DNA from: Deltaproteobacteria bacterium
Lineage (GTDB): Bacteria; Desulfobacterota; DSM-4660; Desulfatiglandales; HGW-15
Length of the DNA: 64,000 bases
NCBI GenBank assembly: GCA_019310525.1
Contig: JAFDEE010000016.1
Location: 3,394-67,393, forward strand
Direction: 5' to 3'
The notes beneath the pieces were generated by a model, which searched no databases, was not told where the DNA came from, and saw only the letters and a program-made list of their open reading frames with translations. Both the position numbers and the translations under genes were made by a program. Position 1 is the first letter of the stretch; the number at the start of each line of letters is the position of its first letter. Positions 30,465 through 38,411 of the stretch are shown here, piece after piece.

Positions 30465-30492
30465 ATAAACTCAAATCATGCGTGAACGCTTG
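30465..30492 (+). repeat. 28-nt direct repeat, copy B (ATAAACTCAAATCATGCGTGAACGCTTG)
   Basis: 25/28 identical to copy A. It is immediately preceded by GCATAATTTGGG (30453-30464), the inverted copy of the repeat core. Confidence 0.8.
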
Positions 30493-30631
30493 CCTGCCTC
30501 GGGCAGGTCTCCAGAAAACTCGGAAATCGCTCAATTTAGGCCCTGGAAAGAAGGTCGGAACGGTCGGTCGGCTTAAACGATGTGAAAAATAAACCATTAA
30601 AAAGGGTATCCCCGCCCCATGGAGACTGACA

Positions 30632-32638
30632 ATGATTAAGACATTGAAACGGATGGGAATAATTATTGGGGGGCTGATCGTCCTGCTGATCCTGATTCTG
30701 CTCGTAGCTCCCGTTTTTATCGATATACAAAAGTACAAGCCCCGGATCGAGCAGGGAGTGGCCAAGGCCACGGGACGTTCCTTTTCTATTGGAGGAGATC
30801 TGGATCTTTCCCTTTTTCCGTGGGCGGGCATTTCATTGACGGATCTTCGCATGGGGAATCCTGAAGGATTCAAGGAAGGGGATTTTCTTACGATAAAGTC
30901 CTTCGACATTCGTGTAAAACTTCTTCCTCTTCTCTTCAAGGACATCCAGATCAAGCGTTTCATCATAAACGGCCCGAAACTTTTCTTGGAACGACGGAAG
31001 GATGGACGCGCCAATTGGGAAGGCATTGGCAAGGGAAAGGGAACGCCTTCCCCGGGCGGGGAAGAAAGACAAAAAAAGGGGCCTGAAGGGCCAGTGGAAG
31101 GACTTCCCATCAAAGGCCTGGCCGTTGGGAAATTTTCCGTTTCCGACGGTGAACTCCTGTGGGTGGATCGGGCCTCAGGAGGCCTTCACGAAATCAAGGA
31201 GCTTGCCCTTGAACTCAAGGATGTCTCCCTGGACCGTCCCCTTGGATTGTCCTTTTCGGCTATTGCGGACGGTAAACCCATCTCGATCAAAGGTAAATTG
31301 GGCCCTTTGGGGAAAGAACCCGGGAAGGGCCTCCTGTCCCTTGACCTCGTGGTTCAGGCCCTGGAGGAGCTGGATATGACCCTTAAGGGAACGGTCAGGG
31401 ATGCAGTCGCCGAACGGCCCCAACTGGACCTTGCCCTTCAGATCCGGCCCTTTTCACCCAGGAAGCTGGCGGCTGCCCTGGGAGAGGCCTTCCCCGTCAA
31501 TACGAGGGACCCAGAGGCCCTGAACTCCATCGGTCTATCCATGCTTGTCAAGGGCGACCCTCGAAATCTGTCGATATCCGATGGAAACCTTTCCCTGGAT
31601 CAATCCAAGATCGTTTTTTCGGCCAACGTCCGGGACCTATCAAGACCGGACCTGCAGTTCACGGTCAGTATAGACAAGATCGACGTTGACCGATACCTCC
31701 CCTCTCAAGGGGATGGAACAGGGGGGGGCGAGAAAAAAGCGCTTCCACAGGGGAAGGGCCGAGAAAAAACCGATTATGGACCTTTGAGAAGGCTGGTACT
31801 CGATGGGGAGATCCGGATCGGTGAACTTAAAATAAAGGGTGCGACCCTCAAGAACGTCCGGATCAAGGTGAAAGGCCGAAATGGACTATATACCGTTGAT
31901 CCTTTCACCTTCAAGGCCTATCAGGGTAACATGGTCAGCAAGGCCTCCTTGGACGTGCGAGGCGATGTTCCAAGGACCCGCCTGAAACTGGAGGGCCGGG
32001 ATTTCCAGGTCAGGCCGCTCCTCTCCGATGTCCTTGGAAAGGATTTCCTCGAAGGAACCACCCATGCCGTCCTGGACCTGAGCATGGTGGGTGACAAGGC
32101 GGACCAGATCAAGCGTACCCTGAAGGGTAAAGGAAATCTCCGGTTTATGAACGGGGCTATTGTAGGTGTGGACCTGAGCGGAATGGTCCAGAACATAAAG
32201 GCCGCCTTTGGACTTGCCAAGAGGGACCGAAATACACCTAGAACCGATTTCTCCGAGCTCGAGATCCCCTTTGAGATGAACGGAGGCGTGGCGAAGACCC
32301 CGCGGGCACGCCTTGTCTCTCCCCTGCTCCGGGTGCTTGCAATTGGAAAGGCCGATCTTGTCAGGGAAACCCTGGATTTCCGGGTGGAACCCAAAGTGGT
32401 CGCGACCATTAAGGGCCAGGGTGATACCCGGAAGCGAAGCGGTATCATGGTTCCCATACGTATCAAGGGCTCATTTTCAAAGCCGTCTTTCGTACCGGAT
32501 CTCGGAGGAAGCCTCAAGAAAACCCTGGAAGGGGGAATTCAACAGATGCTTGAAGGAAAGGGCCAAGAAGGCAAACAAGCGGAATCACCCGAGGAGACCA
32601 TCAAGGGGATCTTCAAGAGTTTCGGGATCCAGCAATAG
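30632..32638 (+). CDS. AsmA-family outer-membrane biogenesis protein
   Basis: 668 aa. N-terminal anchor MIKTLKRMGIIIGGLIVLLILILLVAPVFIDIQKYKPRIE is typical of AsmA-like proteins, and the rest is a long beta-rich repeat-like body. Confidence 0.8.
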   Translation: MIKTLKRMGIIIGGLIVLLILILLVAPVFIDIQKYKPRIEQGVAKATGRSFSIGGDLDLSLFPWAGISLTDLRMGNPEGFKEGDFLTIKSFDIRVKLLPLLFKDIQIKRFIINGPKLFLERRKDGRANWEGIGKGKGTPSPGGEERQKKGPEGPVEGLPIKGLAVGKFSVSDGELLWVDRASGGLHEIKELALELKDVSLDRPLGLSFSAIADGKPISIKGKLGPLGKEPGKGLLSLDLVVQALEELDMTLKGTVRDAVAERPQLDLALQIRPFSPRKLAAALGEAFPVNTRDPEALNSIGLSMLVKGDPRNLSISDGNLSLDQSKIVFSANVRDLSRPDLQFTVSIDKIDVDRYLPSQGDGTGGGEKKALPQGKGREKTDYGPLRRLVLDGEIRIGELKIKGATLKNVRIKVKGRNGLYTVDPFTFKAYQGNMVSKASLDVRGDVPRTRLKLEGRDFQVRPLLSDVLGKDFLEGTTHAVLDLSMVGDKADQIKRTLKGKGNLRFMNGAIVGVDLSGMVQNIKAAFGLAKRDRNTPRTDFSELEIPFEMNGGVAKTPRARLVSPLLRVLAIGKADLVRETLDFRVEPKVVATIKGQGDTRKRSGIMVPIRIKGSFSKPSFVPDLGGSLKKTLEGGIQQMLEGKGQEGKQAESPEETIKGIFKSFGIQQ

Positions 32639-32876
32639 ATCCTCCGCAGGCCTTTCTCCTCCAGACTTTCTTTCCTTTCAAGGATCCTCGGGGAGGTCCC
32701 TGAGGGGGAAGATTAACCTTGCCCCTATACTCCAAGCCGTGCTAGTAGGGGTAAAGTACATCTATACCCCATTCCATACCCTGAGACATCGCGAAGTTTC
32801 GGTAACAATGAGCGGAGGCGCATCATGAAAACGGAACTTTTGCGAAGCCTCATATCAATCGGAAAGGAGATCTTCG

Positions 32877-33866
32877 ATGGCCTACGGCCGAAAAAAACGG
32901 ATTCAGGCGGTTTTTCTGGCAGCCTTTTTGCCGCTTATCCTAGGTACCCTGTGCTGGGGGGAAGAAAAAACCCTTGGGGGGGAAGAGCAAGTCGCCCGGG
33001 TAAACGGAACTGTCATCACCCGAAAGGCCTTGGATCGGGAAATGGCGCGGGTACAACGTTCCATCGTCACCAGTGGGAGAAAACTCTCTGCCGCCGACTT
33101 GCCGAGACTGCAGCAAAGGGTCCTGGAAAGTCTCATCGATCGCGAGATCCTCTATCAAGAGGGCCGTAAGAAGGGATTTCGAGCGGAAGAGGCCGAAGTA
33201 AACGACCAGATCGCCTCCCTGAAGAAAAAGTACTCTACCGAGACCGAATACCAGGCTGCTTTGAAAAGGGTGGGTCTCAATGAGGGGAGTCTTCGAAAGG
33301 AAATAGAAAAAGGACTGGTGGTCAAGGCATTTCTCATCAAGGAATTCAAAAAAAAGATCACCGTCTCGGACGAGGAAACAAAGGCCTTCTACGACGCCAA
33401 TCCCCGATCCTTTACCAGGCCTGAACAGGTTCGTGCGAGCCATATACTCGTAAAGGTCGGACAAGGGGCGACCGAAGCTCAGCGGGCCGAAGCCCAAAAG
33501 AAGATTGAGGAGATTCGACAGCGGATCAAGAAGGGAGAAGACTTCGCTTCTCTGGCAAGGGAATATTCGGACTGCCCGAGCAAGGTCAAAGGGGGCGATT
33601 TGAGTTATTTTGCCAGAGGACAAATGGTTAAACCCTTTGAAGATGCGGCCTTTTCTCTCAAGGTGGGCCAGGTGAGCGGAGTCGTTGAAACCCGGTTTGG
33701 GTACCATTTGATCAAGGTGACGGACCGCAGGCCCGAACTCAAGCTGCCTTATGAAAAGGTAAAGGAGAAGGTCAGGAACTACCTGGCTTCACGGAAAATG
33801 ACCAAGGAAGTTCAGGCTTATGTAAACGGCCTTAAAAAACACGCCAAGGTCGAAAGGAATCTCTAG
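32877..33866 (+). CDS. periplasmic peptidyl-prolyl isomerase (SurA/PrsA-like, parvulin domain)
   Basis: 329 aa with a signal-like N-terminus and a SurA-N-like helical region. Parvulin core RASHILVKV...[38 protein letters not shown]...FGYHLIKV. Confidence 0.85.
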   Translation: MAYGRKKRIQAVFLAAFLPLILGTLCWGEEKTLGGEEQVARVNGTVITRKALDREMARVQRSIVTSGRKLSAADLPRLQQRVLESLIDREILYQEGRKKGFRAEEAEVNDQIASLKKKYSTETEYQAALKRVGLNEGSLRKEIEKGLVVKAFLIKEFKKKITVSDEETKAFYDANPRSFTRPEQVRASHILVKVGQGATEAQRAEAQKKIEEIRQRIKKGEDFASLAREYSDCPSKVKGGDLSYFARGQMVKPFEDAAFSLKVGQVSGVVETRFGYHLIKVTDRRPELKLPYEKVKEKVRNYLASRKMTKEVQAYVNGLKKHAKVERNL

Positions 33867-33904
33867 GGGAATTCACTGGACTTAGGTGGAAGTCAAGTCG
33901 CCGG

Positions 33905-34020
33905 GAACCCTTTGGAAAGTCTCTGATTTTACGCAAGATCAAAGAGAACGAAACTTTTAACCGCTAAGTATGCCGGAGGGGACAGGCATCCATACATTGA
34001 AGTATTTCGAAAAAGGGGAC
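33905..34020 (+). repeat. AT-rich dispersed repeat, copy S (homologous to 59455-59595)
   Basis: Shares GAACCCTTTGGAAA, CAAGATCAAAGA/CAAGGTCAAGGA, ACGAAACTTTTAACC/ACGAAAATTTTAACC and ATACATTGAAGTATTTCGA/ATACATTGAGTATTTCGA blocks, in the same order and orientation, with the element nested in riboswitch 1. It ends at the CBS gene RBS. Confidence 0.65.
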
Positions 34021-34028
34021 AAGGTGAT

Positions 34029-34502
34029 ATGGCAATGGTAAAAGACATTATGACCCGGGACGTGGTTACCCTTTCACCTGAGGATGAAATCACCCATGCC
34101 GCCAAGGTCTTGCTTGAGAAGGGAATCAACGGGGCGCCCGTGGTGGACGACTCGGGCAAATTGGTGGGTATCCTTTGCCAGAGTGATTTGATCAGCCTGC
34201 AAAAGCGGCTTCCCATTCCCTCCCTTTTCACGCTCTTGGACGGATTTTTCCCCCTCACCTCCATGAAACACGTTGAAAGGGAGATCCAAAAAATATCTGC
34301 AACCACTGTTGTGGAAGCCATGACCCCCAACCCCCTGACCGTGACTCCGGACATGGCGGTCGAGGAAGTGGCTACTATTATGGTGGAAAAAAATTTTCAT
34401 ACCCTCCCAGTCCTGGAGGAGGGGCGGCTCGTGGGAATAGTGGGAAAACAGGATGTCCTGAAGACACTTATTAGATTCGAAGGACAGGAGGCTCCCGGAT
34501 GA
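34029..34502 (+). CDS. CBS-domain pair protein
   Basis: 157 aa with two CBS units (VKDIMTRDVVTLSPEDEITHAAKVLLEKGINGAPVVD... and VVEAMTPNPLTVTPDMAVEEVATIMVEKNFHTLPVLE...). Confidence 0.85.
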   Translation: MAMVKDIMTRDVVTLSPEDEITHAAKVLLEKGINGAPVVDDSGKLVGILCQSDLISLQKRLPIPSLFTLLDGFFPLTSMKHVEREIQKISATTVVEAMTPNPLTVTPDMAVEEVATIMVEKNFHTLPVLEEGRLVGIVGKQDVLKTLIRFEGQEAPG

Positions 34503-34814
34503 TCAAAAAGAAAATGTCGAATCCTATGGATGCGCCCCCCTTTACGGCGGAGAAGGCGAAGGAAACATTGACCTCGTGGGAAGAGGAAGGGGCGATATGG
34601 TCAGGAGCCGGGTGAGCCTTTCCTTAAAGAACAATCCTGAAAGACCTCTTCGGCACGACCGCGTGGGGCTGGGGGATACCCCCATGACAAAATCCATGGG
34701 ATACGCTTGACGGAGGGAAAATTATCGTATATCCATTGCCGTGGGATTCCCGGGACTTCGCAAAATTGAATCTTAGCTGGGGGTCTCAAACCCGGTACGG
34801 GAGAGTGACGAAAC

Positions 34815-35123
34815 ATGGCATCAGAAAGAAGCGGCAGGAACGGTTTCCCCACAGGTATTTTTTACCGGCTCGTGGATAATGCAAGACTCGCTTATTCCAT
34901 GATCAGGGATTACTGGGAGGGTGCCTACCACAAAATGCCCTTCTGGACTTTCGCTTCCATATTGTTGGGCGTTGTCTATACCCTTAGTCCCTTGGATGCC
35001 GTTCCCGATTATATCCCAGGATTGGGCCAGATTGATGATGCCCTGGTGCTGGGGTTCTGCCTTTTGCTTTTGGAAAAGGACCTATCGGCCTATAGGCGGT
35101 GGAAAATGGGCCGTTCCGCATAA
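34815..35123 (+). CDS. DUF1232 (YkvA-like) membrane protein
   Basis: 102 aa. The LSPLDAVPDYIPGLGQIDDALVL motif is characteristic of DUF1232. Confidence 0.75.
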   Translation: MASERSGRNGFPTGIFYRLVDNARLAYSMIRDYWEGAYHKMPFWTFASILLGVVYTLSPLDAVPDYIPGLGQIDDALVLGFCLLLLEKDLSAYRRWKMGRSA

Positions 35124-35935
35124 AAATTATCAACTGCATCCAACCCAACCTTGCTATCCTTTTTTTGAATATGCAAAAAGACTCCGATTGAAATAACCGG
35201 CCTTTCCGGGTAGTTGGTTTTGATCTCCAGGAGCCCGCTTGTATTTATGGGGGGGCCTGGAATGTTGGTAAATCGGAGCTTGTACCGCCGGCCCTTTTCC
35301 AGTTCCCTAAGTGAATATTCCACCTTGCCCTCAAGGTCGAAACGCCCCGGGGTGAGCACCAGTTCTGAAGGAAGCTGGCCCCTGATCTCGATCTCTTCGC
35401 TGGCCCGCTCTCCCTCCAGGGCCCTCAGAAAGACCCTGTGGGAAGAGAGGTAGATCGGTCTCTTTACACGGGCCTTGACCGAGACACGGGCCATCCTTAA
35501 AGTGGGATCGTTAGTGTAGATCCTGGCTCCCCAAGTGTGGGATCCGCTGTATCCGGTGGTACGTATCTTCAGGGTGATCTTCCCCTTCCCTCCGGGTGGG
35601 ATGACCTCGTCATAGGAGGCCACGGAGCAACCTCACCCGGGGGCCACCCTACTGATTTCAAGGGGGGCATTACCTGTGTTGGAAACGGTGAAGCTGTAAG
35701 TAATCGTGCTCCCTTCCTCCACTTCGCCGTAATCGAAGATTGTCTGATCAAGGACCATCTTCGGGGCCGATGATACCCTCGGTGTCAAATCCTTCTTCGG
35801 CGTCGGCTTAACCTCCGGCATCGGGGCCTTTATCAGGGATGGATCCTCCACTCCCTTTTCCTGCCTCGGCTCCGGATGACCAGCGAATACGAGAAAAGGA
35901 AGCAAAAGTACTCCTGCGATAAGCCATTTTTTCAA
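35090..35935 (-). CDS. DUF1573-type secreted protein with in-frame TGA (candidate selenocysteine) at 35633-35635
   Basis: TTG start at 35935 follows GGAGG, and a signal peptide MKKWLIAGVLLLPFLVFA is present. The two ORF-track ORFs (35633-35935, 35090-35623) are in one frame, separated only by TGA plus 3 codons. The joined sequence FDYGEVEEGSTITYSFTVSNTGNAPLEISRVAPG[TGA]GCSVASYDEVIPPGGKGKITLKI follows the DUF1573 core, with TGA at the first Cys of SCGCT. Confidence 0.55.
35601..35623 (-). promoter_or_regulatory. SECIS-like hairpin downstream of the in-frame UGA
   Basis: mRNA GUGGCCUC-CUAUGAC-GAGGUCAU: an 8-bp stem (two G-U pairs) and a 7-nt loop containing UG. It starts 10 nt after the UGA. 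Confidence 0.35.
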
Positions 35936-35959
35936 CGTGAAACCTCCACGGATTCCCTA

Positions 35960-35965
35960 ATTATA
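35960..35965 (-). promoter_or_regulatory. possible -10 box (TATAAT) for the DUF1573 gene
   Basis: A perfect TATAAT on the minus strand about 25 nt upstream of the TTG start. No convincing -35 was seen. Confidence 0.25.
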
Positions 35966-36052
35966 ATATTTCGATGCGAGGCCCCAAAAAGGTATCTATC
36001 CTCCCTTCGAAAGAACGATTTTCATCGCCTTAGAACATCCATCCGTGAATTC

Positions 36053-38281
36053 TCATGAGGAGCCTGCTTTTTGCAGAAGGACCTTGATCTCCCTCAGAAT
36101 GGTTTCGAATCGGTAAGGTTTGGCCACATAGGCCGAGGCCCCTGCCTTGAGCAATTCCTCTTTCTGTCCGTCCTGAAGGTACCCGGTGGCTATGATGACC
36201 TTGAGGCCGGGATTGATACGGAGAAGTTCTTCCAAACACTTGGCCCCACCCATACCCGGCATATTCAGGTCTAGAATTACAAGATCAATGATATCCATGT
36301 GTTTTTGATAGACCTCGAGGCCTTCTTCCCCGGTTTCCGCGCTGATAGCCTTGTAATTATAGGTCTCCAGCATTTCCCTGGTGAGTTCGAGAAGATCTTT
36401 GTCGTCATCCACGAAGAGGATGGTCTCCCCGTTTCCCTGAAAGGTCCCGTCCCCCATCCCTGGTTCGCTTGGCGCCACCCTTTCATCCAGGGCCGCTGGA
36501 AGGTAAATGTGAAAAGTCGTCCCGTGACCGGGCTTACTTTGACAGGTGACGGCTCCTCTGTGGTTCTTAATGATGCTGTAAACAATGGCAAGTCCGAGTC
36601 CTGTCCCTTTGCCTTTTTCCTTGGTCGTGTAAAAGGGGTCGAATATACGTTCGAGAACATCACGGGACATGCCGGAGCCCGTGTCTGAGAGGGTGAGGAG
36701 GACGTAAGGCCCCGGGGTGACACCGGCATGTTTTCGGCAGAATTCCTTGTCCATAGTGAAGTTTTTCGTTTCGATGGTGATCCTTCCCCCCTCACTCATG
36801 GCATCCCTGGCATTGACAACGAGATTCATGATGACCTGCTCGATCTGCATCGGATCCGCGCTGATCTTCATGAGATCCGCGGCAAGGCGCATTTCCATGC
36901 GGATCATCTTGGGAATGACCCGTTCCAGGAGGGAAGATACCCTCAACACGAGATCGTTGAGGTCGATAGGCTTGAGTTCGCTTTCCACTCTTCGGCCGTA
37001 GAGAAGGAGTTGCCGGGTGAGTTCAGCAGCCCTCTGGGCCGATTTTTCGATCTGGCTGAGGGGATGGTAATCCGGATGGTCGGAGGACTTGTTCATCAGG
37101 ACGATCTGAAGATAGCCCGAGATCACCTGAAGGAGATTGTTGAAATCGTGGGCGATCCCACCGGCCAGGGTCCCGACGGCCTCCATCTTCTGGGCCTGGA
37201 AAAGTTCGATCTCCAACTTCTTTCGTTCAGTGACATCCCTGAGAAAATGGATGGAGGCCTTTTGTCCCATCCACCGGATGGGAACCGAGTTCATGTCCAC
37301 CCAAAGTACATCCCCATTTTTGTTGACCGCCCGGAAGGATTCCATGGAGGGAGAGTCTCCCTGTTCCATCATGCTCTGGCACTTGGCCATGACCCAGGCA
37401 CGGTCTTCCGGGAAGACAAGATCCGAAAGGGAGAGGTCAAGCAGTTCTTTTTCGGAATAGCCGAAGAGTTCCAAGGCCTTGGGATTGGGAAAAGTGATGC
37501 CTTGTTCCTGCAGGATGAAGATGGCGTCATTGGCATGATCTACCACCAGCCTGTACTTCTCTTCGGATTCTTCTACCGTACTCTCCAGGCTTTTGGAATA
37601 GGCCTCGAGTTTCCTGCGGGTCGATTCCAGTTCCTCCAGGAGCAGATGTTCGCTGAACCGGAGCCTGTGGTTTACTACAGAGGCTACGAGGGCGATGGCC
37701 AAGGTTGAGAACACGAACATGTTGTTTCCGAGGAAAAGGGAAATCCGGTCCGAAGGACAGATCAGGACAACCGAGAAAATGTAAGCTAGATAGAGAAGAA
37801 TACAGTGAAAGGTCAGGATCTTGGGATGGAGAGGAAGGACCGAGCAAAAACCCAGGAATACCAGGTTTAGGCCGGCATAATAAGAAGTATCATAACCGCC
37901 CGTGTCGGCGATCATCTTGATGATGATCAGGCCCACCAGGTAGAAGGCCGAGATGCCGAGGTAGGAACTTTTATATCCCAGGTTCCAATTTTTATTTGCA
38001 AGATAGAGAAGCAGGCAGCAGAGGGACGCGACTAGCCTGTAAGCCATGAAACGATTGAAAAGGGCTGGGTAGAGCAAGTAATCCAACCACCCGAAAAGGG
38101 GCACCAGCAGGCATCCGAGCAATAGAATAAGGCTGACCCGCTCCCTTATGAGGGGCTCTTGTGCCGCGTTGAAACGGAAAATTTGTTCAGGATCGAATGA
38201 ACGCACCGGCCAATCCCGTAATTCCTGGTGCCCCACGAAACACATTGCCGCGCCCGGTTTTCTTTCATGCAAGAGGCGCAA
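36053..38281 (-). CDS. hybrid sensor histidine kinase (multi-TM sensor - PAS - HisKA - HATPase_c - REC)
   Basis: 742 aa with ~6-7 N-terminal TM helices and a PAS unit (EEKYRLVVDHANDAIFIL...). H-box AHDFNNLLQVISG, N/G boxes (NLVVNARDAM, GTGLGLAIV) and a C-terminal receiver (ILFVDDD...LVILDLNMPGMGG...KP). Confidence 0.85.
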   Translation of the reverse strand: MRLLHERKPGAAMCFVGHQELRDWPVRSFDPEQIFRFNAAQEPLIRERVSLILLLGCLLVPLFGWLDYLLYPALFNRFMAYRLVASLCCLLLYLANKNWNLGYKSSYLGISAFYLVGLIIIKMIADTGGYDTSYYAGLNLVFLGFCSVLPLHPKILTFHCILLYLAYIFSVVLICPSDRISLFLGNNMFVFSTLAIALVASVVNHRLRFSEHLLLEELESTRRKLEAYSKSLESTVEESEEKYRLVVDHANDAIFILQEQGITFPNPKALELFGYSEKELLDLSLSDLVFPEDRAWVMAKCQSMMEQGDSPSMESFRAVNKNGDVLWVDMNSVPIRWMGQKASIHFLRDVTERKKLEIELFQAQKMEAVGTLAGGIAHDFNNLLQVISGYLQIVLMNKSSDHPDYHPLSQIEKSAQRAAELTRQLLLYGRRVESELKPIDLNDLVLRVSSLLERVIPKMIRMEMRLAADLMKISADPMQIEQVIMNLVVNARDAMSEGGRITIETKNFTMDKEFCRKHAGVTPGPYVLLTLSDTGSGMSRDVLERIFDPFYTTKEKGKGTGLGLAIVYSIIKNHRGAVTCQSKPGHGTTFHIYLPAALDERVAPSEPGMGDGTFQGNGETILFVDDDKDLLELTREMLETYNYKAISAETGEEGLEVYQKHMDIIDLVILDLNMPGMGGAKCLEELLRINPGLKVIIATGYLQDGQKEELLKAGASAYVAKPYRFETILREIKVLLQKAGSS

Positions 38282-38356
38282 ACCTTTAAATAAAAGGCCC
38301 TCGGGGACGGCACACGGCGTCGAGGCAGGATCCGTGCGTGGTTTGGATTATCAACC

Positions 38357-38385
38357 ATCATACCATGTTGCGTTTCACCGGTAAA
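38357..38385 (-). promoter_or_regulatory. candidate sigma70-type promoter (TTTACC - 17 nt - TATGAT) upstream of the hybrid kinase
   Basis: Read on the minus strand: -35 at 38385-38380, -10 at 38362-38357, about 75 nt upstream of the ORF start at 38281. Confidence 0.3.
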
Positions 38386-38411
38386 GTGGTTTGCCTCCCT
38401 GGCAGTTCCAC

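Noticed and set aside
30218-31113. Minus-strand ORFs 30218-30448 and 30448-31113 in and next to the repeat-rich intergenic region
   Set aside because: 30448-31113 is antisense to the clear AsmA-family N-terminus. 30218-30448 is read through the repeats and hairpin, and is Arg/Leu/Pro/Ser-rich with no SD. Both are treated as non-coding.
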